A stretch of 43,874 nt of DNA from an uncultured Gammaproteobacteria bacterium. Its GTDB lineage: Bacteria; Pseudomonadota; Gammaproteobacteria; CAYNNN01. Positions 20,680 through 29,372 of the stretch are shown here, piece by piece. The DNA is taken from NCBI GenBank assembly GCA_964398665.1, contig CAYNNN010000014.1, positions 1 to 43,874 of the forward strand. Reading direction: 5' to 3'. The stretch's first letter is position 1. Each line of letters starts with the position of its first letter. The notes under the pieces were generated by a model. The model was given only the letters and a program-made list of their open reading frames with translations, ran no database searches and was not told where the DNA came from. A program made the translations under genes and the position numbers.

Positions 20680-21599
20680 CAGACTTTTTCCACCGCCGGT
20701 TTGCCCAGCAGGCCGCTGGGGCGAAAAATCAGCACCAGAATCAGGACCGCAAAGGCAAACACATCTTTATAATCGGTATTGACGAACCCGGAGAACAGCG
20801 CTTCGGCCAAGCCTAGCAGCAGCCCGCCCAGCAAGGCGCCTGGCAGTGAGCCGATCCCGCCCAGGACGGCGGCAGTGAACGCTTTCACGCCCGTAACAAA
20901 GCCGATGCTGAAATCAAACGAGCCATAATTCAGGCTGACCAGCACGCCAGCCACGGCGGCCAGGGCAGCGCCCAGCATGAATACCTGAGCGATTGTCCGG
21001 TCCACATCAATGCCCAGCAGGGCGGCCATCAGCCGGTCTTCCTGCACGGCGCGGGCACAGCGCCCAAACTGGCTACGCTGAAACAGCAGGGTCAGCGCCA
21101 CGACGCACAACACGGTGACCACCACGATCAGGGCCTGGGTCTGGCTGATCTGGACAAACCCGGCTTCAGTACCCAAACGCAGCGGCTCACCGGGCAGCAG
21201 CGCCGGGATACTCTGGGGCCGAGCGCCCTGGCTCAGCCGGGCATATTCCTGAAGCAGCAGGGAAACGCCGATGGCGGAAATCAGTGGCGCCAGCCGGGGT
21301 GCCTGCCGCAGCGGGCGGTAGGCGATACGTTCGATGACCCAGACATGCAGCGCGGTCCAGACCATGACCAGCACCAGGGTCAGCAACAGCAGCAAGGGTG
21401 CCCAGCCCAGACCCAGCAGGCCCAGCAGGGCCAGACAGATTGCGGTGAGATAGGCCGAGAGCATGTACACTTCGCCATGTGCGAAGTTGATCATGCCCAG
21501 AATCCCGTATACCAGGCTGTAGCCGACCGCTATCAGCCCGTAAACGCAGCCCAGCACCAGGCCATTGACCAGTTGCTGGGCCAGCAGGTAGCCCTCCAT
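20679..21599 (-). CDS. livH: Branched-chain amino acid ABC transporter permease LivH
   Basis: 306-aa polytopic membrane protein. LivH-like N-terminus MEGYLLAQQLVNGLVLG. Confidence 0.8.
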   Translation of the reverse strand: MEGYLLAQQLVNGLVLGCVYGLIAVGYSLVYGILGMINFAHGEVYMLSAYLTAICLALLGLLGLGWAPLLLLLTLVLVMVWTALHVWVIERIAYRPLRQAPRLAPLISAIGVSLLLQEYARLSQGARPQSIPALLPGEPLRLGTEAGFVQISQTQALIVVVTVLCVVALTLLFQRSQFGRCARAVQEDRLMAALLGIDVDRTIAQVFMLGAALAAVAGVLVSLNYGSFDFSIGFVTGVKAFTAAVLGGIGSLPGALLGGLLLGLAEALFSGFVNTDYKDVFAFAVLILVLIFRPSGLLGKPAVEKV

Positions 21600-21601
21600 G
21601 C

Positions 21602-22711
21602 TCAGGGCGTATATTCGCGATAATTACCCTGGGCGTCCCAACGATACAGGACATAATCGGACACGCTCAGGTCACCTTTGGCATCCCAGCTTTTGCGTCC
21701 CATCACGGTGTCTACCGGATGGGCTTTCAGCCAGGTGCCCAGCGTTGTGCCGCTGGCCGCCGGGTTGGCAGTCAATGCAGCGGCAACGCTCTGCATGGCG
21801 GCGTAGGCATACAGGGTATAACCTTCCGGCTCGTAACCGCTGGCGCGGAAGGTGGTCACCAGTTGCTGGCCCGCCGGAATCTTGCGCGAATCAGCGCCGA
21901 AGGTCATCATCACGCCGTCCAGATACTGCGGCCCGCCGGCTGCCGTCGCCAGGTCTTTGGAGACAATGCCGTCTCCGGAGACAAAATGCGCTTTCAGGCC
22001 CTGTTCGCGCATCTGGCGAATCAGCGGCCCGGCTTCGGAATGCAGCCCGCCGAAGTACACCACGTCCGCATTGACGCCGCGCAGCTTGGTAACCAGGGCA
22101 TTGAAGTCCTTTTCACCGCGGGTCAGCCCTTCATACAGGACCGGCTGGCTGCCCAGTTGTTGCAGGCGGGCCCGCATGGCATCGGCCAGGCCCTGCCCAT
22201 AAGTGTCCTTGTCGTGCAGCACCGCAACCCGCTTGCCGCCCAGGGTTTTCAGGATGAATTCGGCGGCCACGCTGCCTTGCTGATCGTCGCGGCCACACAT
22301 CCGCAGCACGTTACCCAGCTTGCGTTCTGTGACTTTGGGATTGGTGGAACCATGCGTGATCATCAGGATATCGGCATCTGCGTAAATCTCGGAAGCGGGC
22401 ATGGTGGACGATGAGCAGAAGTGCCCGATCACGGCGCTGACCTTATCCACGGCGGCCAGCCGGTTAGCCACAGCCACGGCCTGACGCGGCTCGCAGGCAT
22501 CATCGGCCTTGACCAGCTCAATCATCCGGCCCTTGATGCCACCTGCGGCATTGAGGTCTTTGGCAGCCTGTTCGGCCCCACGCCACTGTTGCTCGCCAAA
22601 CGCAGCATAGGCGCCCGTAAACGGTCCGGCGATGCCGATTTTAATTATTTCAGCGGCACTTGCATTGAGGCTGACCAGCCAGCCCATGAGCAACCACATT
22701 CTGCCACGCAT
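21602..22711 (-). CDS. livK: Branched-chain amino acid ABC transporter periplasmic substrate-binding protein (LivK/LivJ family)
   Basis: Signal peptide MRGRMWLLMGWLVSLNASA followed by AEIIKIGIAGPFTG (Leu/Ile/Val-binding protein family). Start moved to ATG 22709-22711, which has an AAGAGG Shine-Dalgarno. The longer track ORF (to 22882) would add 57 non-signal residues. Confidence 0.8.
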   Translation of the reverse strand: MRGRMWLLMGWLVSLNASAAEIIKIGIAGPFTGAYAAFGEQQWRGAEQAAKDLNAAGGIKGRMIELVKADDACEPRQAVAVANRLAAVDKVSAVIGHFCSSSTMPASEIYADADILMITHGSTNPKVTERKLGNVLRMCGRDDQQGSVAAEFILKTLGGKRVAVLHDKDTYGQGLADAMRARLQQLGSQPVLYEGLTRGEKDFNALVTKLRGVNADVVYFGGLHSEAGPLIRQMREQGLKAHFVSGDGIVSKDLATAAGGPQYLDGVMMTFGADSRKIPAGQQLVTTFRASGYEPEGYTLYAYAAMQSVAAALTANPAASGTTLGTWLKAHPVDTVMGRKSWDAKGDLSVSDYVLYRWDAQGNYREYTP

Positions 22712-22819
22712 TACATACCTCTTGCCAAACGAGTTAACGGCGGGTAAGTCTAAGGGCATTTGGGCACTGACGCAAACACCGCAACAGGCGCCCAATAGCG
22801 CCAACCAGAGGGGCCGATC

Positions 22820-23287
22820 ATGACTGAACACGCATCTACGGGCCGAATTGCCGAAAACCGCCGCGCCCGATACGATTACCATATTGAAGAACGTTTTGAA
22901 GCCGGATTAGTGCTGGAAGGCTGGGAAGTCAAAAGCCTGCGCGCCGGGCGGGGGAGCCTGACCGAAAGCTACGCGATTTTGCGTCACAACGAAGCCTGGC
23001 TGATCGGCGCCCATATCAGTCCGCTGCTCAGTGCTTCCACGCATATCGTGCCCGAAGCAATCCGCACCCGGAAGCTGCTGCTGCATCGGGAAGAAATCAA
23101 CCGTCTGATCGGGGCGGTGGAACGCAAGGGTTATACCTTGGTGCCGCTCAGTCTGTTCTGGCAGCACGGCAAAATCAAGCTAGATGTTGGGCTGGCCAAG
23201 GGCAAGAAGGAATACGACAAGCGTGAGACCGAAAAAGACCGCGACTGGCAGCGGGACAAGCAGCGCCTGATGCGCCGGGAGCGCTGA
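22820..23287 (+). CDS. smpB: SsrA-binding protein SmpB
   Basis: 155 aa. [35 protein letters not shown] is the highly conserved SmpB N-terminal region. C-terminal basic tail. Confidence 0.9.
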   Translation: MTEHASTGRIAENRRARYDYHIEERFEAGLVLEGWEVKSLRAGRGSLTESYAILRHNEAWLIGAHISPLLSASTHIVPEAIRTRKLLLHREEINRLIGAVERKGYTLVPLSLFWQHGKIKLDVGLAKGKKEYDKRETEKDRDWQRDKQRLMRRER

Positions 23288-23290
23288 ACA

Positions 23291-23315
23291 CTCCAGTACG
23301 ACGCAGGTACTGGAG
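23291..23315. terminator. Hairpin (9-bp stem CTCCAGTAC / GTACTGGAG, 7-nt loop) between the convergent smpB and the small secreted-protein gene; possible bidirectional terminator, no U-tract
   Basis: Read directly: CTCCAGTACgacgcagGTACTGGAG. Confidence 0.4.
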
Positions 23316-23342
23316 GGTGCTGGAACAGGTTAGCGCAACGGC

Positions 23343-23609
23343 TTATTCACAGCGGGTGCTGCAAGCCGGCTGGCTTCTGTTTTCAACAGTCCAACCCTGG
23401 GCGGTCCTGACGAGCGTGTAGTTGCAGCCGGCGCTGGCGCCGGTGACCTGGGAGCTTTTCAGCTTGCAGGTGGCGCCGCCGATGTCGACCGTGTGATAAC
23501 CGCCCGCCGGAGAGCCTGTCAAGGGGATTTCCCGAAACTGCAAGCTATCGGCAAACGCGGGTGCAGCAATCAGGGCGGTTGCGGCGGTCAACAGGACGAT
23601 CTTTTTCAT
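23343..23609 (-). CDS. Small secreted hypothetical protein (Sec signal peptide, 4 Cys)
   Basis: 88 aa. N-terminus MKKIVLLTAATALIAAPAFA. Mature ~68 aa with 4 cysteines. No recognisable family. Confidence 0.5.
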   Translation of the reverse strand: MKKIVLLTAATALIAAPAFADSLQFREIPLTGSPAGGYHTVDIGGATCKLKSSQVTGASAGCNYTLVRTAQGWTVENRSQPACSTRCE

Positions 23610-23849
23610 GATTTCTCCAGAATTATTGGGTGCTCGATTATCGGGGCGCCACCTGTCGGCAACCCGGAAACTGTCATGCCGGACAGCCGCGTCAGTGTAG
23701 CTGGAGTTATGGGAATAGCAAGCCGGGCCTCTCTATCAGGCCGGCGCAGGGTCAGTCGCTGGCAGCGATGACCGCATCATGCTGCGCCACGTGCCGCCAC
23801 CCCGCTACAAATGCGCCAATCAGGTGCGCTGCGCGGTGAAGACATGCAC

Positions 23850-23955
23850 TCAAAAAGTGTATGATCAAGCGGACATGATGTTTTAATTCATGATGTTATA
23901 AGATAATATCATAATCATGTTTTAATAAAATTACAATTTATCCGTGTTAGATTGA
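23850..23955. promoter_or_regulatory. AT-rich promoter/operator region upstream of the cytochrome c peroxidase gene, with repeated CATGATGTT / ATCATG motifs and a GATAATATCATAATCAT element
   Basis: Sharp local GC drop. Direct repeats ACATGATGTTTTAAT / TCATGATGTTATAA / AATCATGTTTTAAT read in sequence. Resemblance to a Fur-type (GATAAT hexamer) operator is weak. Confidence 0.4.
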
Positions 23956-24069
23956 ATGAACTTGCCGGCAGCAGATTCTGCACCATACTCGGGTGCGGTA
24001 GTCGGGGCCGGACGTAGGTCAGTGCCGCAGCCCCCTTACCCGATTTTGCTCTCCAGGGGAGGACGCTTG

Positions 24070-25050
24070 ATGTTGCAACTGCCTTACAGTTACTTATGGT
24101 TTCTGCCGCTTATATATGCATTCACCTGCCTTGGCATTGCGCAGGCGCAGACGCCGCTGGTGGGTGAACCAATCAACCCATTACCTGCACTGGAAACACT
24201 AAAACTTGATCCGCGCAAAGTGCAGTTGGGCGCAAGCTTATTCAAGGATGTACGTTTTTCCACTGATAACACCCTGTCCTGTCACGCTTGCCATGATCTT
24301 GCGCGCGGTGGTGTGGATGGCTTGCAGTTTTCAATCGGGATGCGGGGTCAGGTGGGGCCGATCAATGCGCCGACCGTATTTAATAGTGGATTGAACTTCA
24401 AGCAATTTTGGGATGGTCGTTCACCCACCCTGGAGGATCAGGTTGATAAGGTGATCCACAACGCAATGGAAATGGCGACGACCTGGCCGGAAATTCTTGC
24501 CAAACTGGCTGCCGATGCTGCGTTGGTGCAACGCTTCAAGGCCATTTATCCCGACGGATTGCAAAAGAAGAATATCCAGGATGCCATTGCGGTTTATGAA
24601 CGTTCTCTGCTGACCCCGGGGCGTTTTGATCGCTATCTGCTCGGTGATGCCCAGGCAATCAGCGCCGAAGAACAGCAGGGCTATCGGCTCTTCAAGGATT
24701 ATGGCTGTGTCGCCTGCCATCAGGGCGCCAATGTGGGCGGGAACATGTTCCAGAAATTTGGTGCCCTGAACGATTATTTTGGCAAGCGAGGCAATGTGAC
24801 CGAGACGGATCTGGGCCGTTTCAATCTGACCAGGCGCGAGGAAGACAAACATGTGTTCAAGGTACCCTCCTTGCGCAATGTCGCACTGACAGCACCTTAT
24901 TTCCATGATGGTTCAGCCAGAACGCTGAGTCAGGCCGTGGATGTGATGTTTCGACATCAATTGGGGCGTACTGCACCTGATTCAGATAAGCAATTGATTA
25001 TAAAATTTTTAGGAACCCTGACCGGGGAGAATCTGGAGGTCAAGCCATGA
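24070..25050 (+). CDS. ccp: Di-haem cytochrome c peroxidase (CCP/MauG family)
   Basis: Two CxxCH haem-binding motifs (CHACH, CVACH). Signal peptide MLQLPYSYLWFLPLIYAFTCLGIAQA from ATG 24070, which has a GGGGAGGA Shine-Dalgarno. The track ORF begins at an upstream GTG/ATG 23956 that lacks signal-peptide logic. Confidence 0.8.
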   Translation: MLQLPYSYLWFLPLIYAFTCLGIAQAQTPLVGEPINPLPALETLKLDPRKVQLGASLFKDVRFSTDNTLSCHACHDLARGGVDGLQFSIGMRGQVGPINAPTVFNSGLNFKQFWDGRSPTLEDQVDKVIHNAMEMATTWPEILAKLAADAALVQRFKAIYPDGLQKKNIQDAIAVYERSLLTPGRFDRYLLGDAQAISAEEQQGYRLFKDYGCVACHQGANVGGNMFQKFGALNDYFGKRGNVTETDLGRFNLTRREEDKHVFKVPSLRNVALTAPYFHDGSARTLSQAVDVMFRHQLGRTAPDSDKQLIIKFLGTLTGENLEVKP

Positions 25051-27008
25051 ATAAACAATTACAGGGCTTGTTACTGGTTCTGCTGGTAGCTGCCCTGGCG
25101 GGTGGCCTGGCTGGACTGGTGCATAAAACACAGGCTATTGATACTGAAGCTCAGGATCAGGTCAATGAACAGCTGCGCACCCTGAAGCAACTGGATGCAG
25201 AATGGAATCTGGATGTCTTGCGCACCAAGCTCGGTATCAACAAGAATTACGACGCGGTGGCCAACCCGCTCAGATGGCTGCTGGAAAATCAGGATAGTCT
25301 GCTGCTGGCCGCAGAACGGGTACACTCGGTTGACCTGAAGCCGGATGTTACGGCCTTGCAGGCAGCGCTTAACCAGAAAATTGATTTGATCGAGCGCTTC
25401 AAGACCCAGAACTCCCTGTTGAAAAACTCGCTGCGGTTTTTACCCATCGCAGTCGCCCAGTTGCGTGCCCAACTGGCAGATGAGCGCCAGCGGCTGGAAT
25501 CGGCACCCGTCATGACGGCACCACCTGCAACGCCAGCAGCCCAGCCGGTACCGGCGCAACGGGGCAAACGCACGCAACAACCTGCATCCGGTACCGCAGG
25601 GATGACCAGCCCCGCACCGGAAATGGCCCTGGCAGCGCCCGCGCAGCTTGCCGGGACCCGTCTGGAAAATGCTGCCGGGGCGATGCTGACCGATCTGCTC
25701 AAGTACAACCTGGCACCGGATGCTGCAACCCGCAATCAGGTGGAGCGCTGGCTGGAAACCCTGGCTACTGAAGCAGCGGGGCAGAGCGAAGCCGTACGGG
25801 CTCAGGTGGAAATCATCACGACCCATGCCCGCACCGTATTGAATCAGAAGCTCAGGGAAGATGCTGTACTGTCCGAGCTGGAGCAGGTGCCAACGGCGCT
25901 GCGGCTGGATGTTCTGGGTGGGGGCTTTGCACGTGCTTTTGCCAATGAGATCAAGACGCAGGAGGGTTGGCGCATGGTGTTGTTCGGCTATGCAGCCAGT
26001 CTGTTGTTGCTCCTGGCTTTTGCCGGGATCAGGCTGGGGCAGAGCTATCGTGCCTTGAATCTGGCCAACGCATCCTTGGAGCAACGGGTGGCCGAGCGCA
26101 CCCAGGAATTATCTCAAGCACTTGAAAATCTGAAAGAATCTCAGCTACAGCTGGTGCAGTCTGAAAAAATGGCGTCCTTGGGGCAGATGGTGGCCGGGAT
26201 TGCACATGAAATCAATACGCCGCTGGCCTACGTCAAGGGCGGTCTGGAGATTCTGCGCGCCAGAGTCGGAGATGTGGGTGCCTTGGTAGGAGAGACTCAC
26301 GCCTTGGTCAACATGATGGGGCAGGGGAGTAACGATGAGATGGCTCTAGCTGAACAATTCAGTACAGTCAGTGAGTTGACTGCGGCATTTGTGGAAACCG
26401 ATGCGGTCAGCGAGCTTGGCAGTTTACTGGGTGATGGCCTGCACGGGATTGCACAAATTTCTGAAATTGTCTCTAATCTCAAGGATTTTAGTCGGCTTGA
26501 CCGGGCCAAGGTTGACCAGTTCAATGTCAACACCGGGTTGGATAGTACCTTGACGATTGCGCGGAATGTAGTCAAGCACCGTACGCTGGAAAGGCGGTTT
26601 GGCGCTGTGCCCATGATTACTTGCTCACCTTCGCAGATCAACCAGGTATTCCTGAATTTAATCACCAATGCCTGTCAGGCAACGGATGGTGAACATGGAA
26701 CCCTGACTTTGGCGACCTATGGCACTGAAACCGGAGTAGGTATTGAAATCAGTGATAATGGCCAGGGTATTCCGCCCGAGCTGTTGCCGAAGATTTTCGA
26801 CCCATTCTTTACCACCAAAAAAGTTGGCGAGGGGACAGGGCTGGGGCTGTCCATTGTCCAGCGTATCGTCAAGGAGCATGGCGGTGAAATCAGGGTCAGC
26901 TCGAAAGTGGGCGCAGGTACCACCTTCACTGTGTTGCTGCCCTGCCATCCCCCGCAATTACAACGGGTCACCCGGCACCAAGATACAATCCAGGGAGAAT
27001 ACAAATGA
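25047..27008 (+). CDS. Sensor histidine kinase (two TM segments flanking a ~300-aa Pro/Ala/Gln-rich periplasmic region; HisKA + HATPase_c)
   Basis: 653 aa. H-box AHEINTPLAYV. N/G1/G2 boxes (ITNACQAT, DNGQGIPPE, GEGTGLGLSIV). ATGA overlap with the ccp stop. Confidence 0.8.
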   Translation: MNKQLQGLLLVLLVAALAGGLAGLVHKTQAIDTEAQDQVNEQLRTLKQLDAEWNLDVLRTKLGINKNYDAVANPLRWLLENQDSLLLAAERVHSVDLKPDVTALQAALNQKIDLIERFKTQNSLLKNSLRFLPIAVAQLRAQLADERQRLESAPVMTAPPATPAAQPVPAQRGKRTQQPASGTAGMTSPAPEMALAAPAQLAGTRLENAAGAMLTDLLKYNLAPDAATRNQVERWLETLATEAAGQSEAVRAQVEIITTHARTVLNQKLREDAVLSELEQVPTALRLDVLGGGFARAFANEIKTQEGWRMVLFGYAASLLLLLAFAGIRLGQSYRALNLANASLEQRVAERTQELSQALENLKESQLQLVQSEKMASLGQMVAGIAHEINTPLAYVKGGLEILRARVGDVGALVGETHALVNMMGQGSNDEMALAEQFSTVSELTAAFVETDAVSELGSLLGDGLHGIAQISEIVSNLKDFSRLDRAKVDQFNVNTGLDSTLTIARNVVKHRTLERRFGAVPMITCSPSQINQVFLNLITNACQATDGEHGTLTLATYGTETGVGIEISDNGQGIPPELLPKIFDPFFTTKKVGEGTGLGLSIVQRIVKEHGGEIRVSSKVGAGTTFTVLLPCHPPQLQRVTRHQDTIQGEYK

Positions 27009-28057
27009 ACCAGCCTGTTTCCAATATCGTCGAGCTGGCCCGGCTCCGGCGCCTGGCACAAAAGAATGCCCAGATTGAACCCAGGGCCAAGATATTATTT
27101 GTGGATGACGAAGAGCGTATTCTCAACAATATGCGTGCGTTGTTCCGCATGCAGTATGACGTCACCATTACCACCGATGGTTACCATGCCCTGGAGCTAT
27201 TGCGTCGGGATCATTTTCATCTGGTTGTCAGCGATCAGCGTATGCCCAATATGCAGGGTGTTGAGCTGTTGCGTCAGGCTAACGAGCTGGCCCCTCATAC
27301 CGTCAGGATTTTATTGACCGGTTTTGCGGACCTGGCAGCCATTGTCGGTTCAGTCAACGAGGGCGAAGTCTATCGTTACATCAATAAACCCTGGGACAAC
27401 GACGAACTCCAGGAAATCATCGGCAGCGCCGTCAAGGTGGGCCTGGATTTGGCACGCCTGCCCCCGCCTGTTGCACCTGCACCGCCTGCTGCTGCTCAGG
27501 TAGCCAAAGCAGCAGCACCGCTGGCTACACCGGCAGCGGCGGTAGCCAGTGTGGCTGAAGGGCTGTACGTGCTGTTTGTCGACCATGATGCCCAGCTGGT
27601 GACCACCTTTCGGCAATGCCCGCAAATTGGTTGTCACCCGCTGACGGCCCACACGCCGGCAGAAGCGCTGGATTTGATGCAGCAACATGAAATTTCGGTC
27701 ATTGTTGCCAGCATTGATGGCCAGGATCGGGATAATATCGAGTTTTTGCAGTTACTCAAAAAGGAACATCCCCATGTTGTTTCCCTGGCCGTGGCCAGCA
27801 CGGGGGATGGCGATACGATCATCGGGCTGTTGAATTCAGCACGGGTTTATCGGGTGATTTTCCGGCCCATTCGTTTGAGTGTCCTGCGCCATTATCTGGA
27901 GTCTGCGTTCAAACAGGCTGAGCGTTTCCGTAGCCAGCCGGCGTTGTTGCAAGTGCAACAACCCAAAGCCCTGCCTCCGAGCGCGACACCCTCGGGGCTC
28001 AGTGCGATACTCGGTGCCCGGTTGCGCTCAATCCGGAGCTTTTTTGCCCGCCGTTGA
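27005..28057 (+). CDS. Response regulator with two receiver (REC) domains and no recognisable output domain
   Basis: 350 aa. REC1: ILFVDDEERILNN...HLVVSDQRMPNMQG...ILLTGF. The second REC is degenerate (LYVLFVDHDAQ...VIVASIDGQD). An Ala/Pro-rich linker joins them. ATGA overlap with the kinase. Confidence 0.7.
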   Translation: MNQPVSNIVELARLRRLAQKNAQIEPRAKILFVDDEERILNNMRALFRMQYDVTITTDGYHALELLRRDHFHLVVSDQRMPNMQGVELLRQANELAPHTVRILLTGFADLAAIVGSVNEGEVYRYINKPWDNDELQEIIGSAVKVGLDLARLPPPVAPAPPAAAQVAKAAAPLATPAAAVASVAEGLYVLFVDHDAQLVTTFRQCPQIGCHPLTAHTPAEALDLMQQHEISVIVASIDGQDRDNIEFLQLLKKEHPHVVSLAVASTGDGDTIIGLLNSARVYRVIFRPIRLSVLRHYLESAFKQAERFRSQPALLQVQQPKALPPSATPSGLSAILGARLRSIRSFFARR

Positions 28058-28077
28058 TTCAGGCCGGATATCTGGAA

Positions 28078-28111
28078 CCGTTGGGCGCCTCCAAAAGAGG
28101 CCGTCCAACGG
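28078..28111. terminator. Imperfect GC-rich stem-loop downstream of the response-regulator gene (CCGTTGGGCGCCTC-caaaa-GAGGCCGTCCAACGG); weak terminator candidate
   Basis: Read from sequence. No downstream U-run. Confidence 0.25.
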
Positions 28112-28229
28112 GTTGGACACCGCTAAAAATTGGCCGGGGGCACACGCCGTAGTGCCAGCGCACATTGCCTGTGCAGCATTTTGGCCGCACAATGGCTGTT
28201 TCCGAATCAGCCGTGTTTCCCGCTTGCTT

Positions 28230-29372
28230 ATGAGAAGATTTCTGGTGCGTCGGCATGAAGGCGGCCTGTTGTATCGGCAGGGCGATTTTGTGCGTTTTGT
28301 TGATCCCGGCCCCCTGGTGCTGTTTGACCTGCTGGCTCGTTACCAGCTGCAAACCTTCGATCGTTCCACGCCCGAATTCAACCACCCGCTGGCAGAATTC
28401 CTGCGTCAGCAGTACCCGGCGGAAATGGCCCGGCGCTTTGTGAGCGTGGATCTGGGACCTCAGCAGGTCGGCGTAATCTACAAGCAGGGGCATCTGGTGG
28501 ATATCCTGCCACCGGGCAGCCGCTTGCTGTACTGGCGCGGTGTGATTGAAATCCGGGTTGATATTATTGATATATCGGAGAATTATGTTCTGGAACCCGG
28601 ACTGGCCCGGCAGTTGTTGAAACTGAAGCTGGAAAACCGTTACTGCCGTCCCTCAGACGTGATTCTGGCCGGGGAAATCCCGGATGAATACACCCTGGTG
28701 CTGAGCGTGGAGGGGCGCCAGGTGTTGGTGGATACCCCTGGCCCCTATGCCTACTGGCGGTTCAACCGCAACCTGCAGGCGCAGCTGTATGACCGGCGCG
28801 CCCAGACCCTGGAGCTGACCGGCCAGGAGGTGTTGAGCCGGGATAAGGTAACCTTGCGGTTTAATGTGGTGGCCCAATATCAACTGGCTGACCTGAACCG
28901 GGTGCTTCAGGCAGTGGCTACTCCCAAGGTTTCGGAGTTTATCTATCGCACGGTGCAACTGGCCCTGCGTACGGTAGTGGGTGGGCACACCCTGGATCAG
29001 TTGCTGGAAGGCAAGGCAGCGCTGGATCAGGCCCTGACCCAGGCCACCCAGCAGCTGGGCGCTGATACTGGCTTGCTGTTTCAGCAAATTGCAATCAAGG
29101 ATATTGTCCTGCCGGGGGAAATGCGTGCCTTGCTCAATAAGGTGGTTGAAGCCGAGAAGGTCGCACAAGCCAACCTGATCCGGCGTCGGGAGGAAACGGC
29201 AGCCACCCGATCCTTGCTCAATACTGCCAAACTCATGGAGGAGAGCCCAGTGGCCTTGCGGCTTAAGGAGCTGGAAAGTCTTGAAAAGATTACCGAGAAA
29301 GTTGGTACCTTGTCGGTGTATGGTGGCCTGGAAGGCTTGCTGCGGGACTTGGTGCGGTTGAAAGCCCCATGA
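28230..29372 (+). CDS. SPFH/band-7 (slipin/stomatin-like) domain protein
   Basis: The C-terminal half matches the SPFH signature (SRDKVTLRFNVVAQYQ...IKDIVLPGEMRALLNKVVEAEKVAQANLIRRREETAA). The track ORF starts at 27879 with implausible Cys/Arg-rich sequence. Start placed at ATG 28230 (MRRFLVRRHEGG). Start uncertain. Confidence 0.6.
   Translation: MRRFLVRRHEGGLLYRQGDFVRFVDPGPLVLFDLLARYQLQTFDRSTPEFNHPLAEFLRQQYPAEMARRFVSVDLGPQQVGVIYKQGHLVDILPPGSRLLYWRGVIEIRVDIIDISENYVLEPGLARQLLKLKLENRYCRPSDVILAGEIPDEYTLVLSVEGRQVLVDTPGPYAYWRFNRNLQAQLYDRRAQTLELTGQEVLSRDKVTLRFNVVAQYQLADLNRVLQAVATPKVSEFIYRTVQLALRTVVGGHTLDQLLEGKAALDQALTQATQQLGADTGLLFQQIAIKDIVLPGEMRALLNKVVEAEKVAQANLIRRREETAATRSLLNTAKLMEESPVALRLKELESLEKITEKVGTLSVYGGLEGLLRDLVRLKAP

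Noticed and set aside
21598-22414. Plus-strand ORFs 21598-22074 and 21719-22414 opposite livK
   Set aside because: Antisense to a substrate-binding protein gene that has a signal peptide and conserved family blocks.
25289-26084. Minus-strand ORFs 25289-25735 and 25440-26084 inside the sensor kinase gene
   Set aside because: Antisense. Cys/Arg/Ala-rich low-complexity translations.
27879-28229. N-terminal 117-aa extension of the SPFH ORF (MSCAIIWSLRSNRLSVSVASRRCCKCNN...)
   Set aside because: Cys/Arg-rich and implausible as protein. It overlaps a putative terminator hairpin. The start was moved to ATG 28230, although this remains uncertain.
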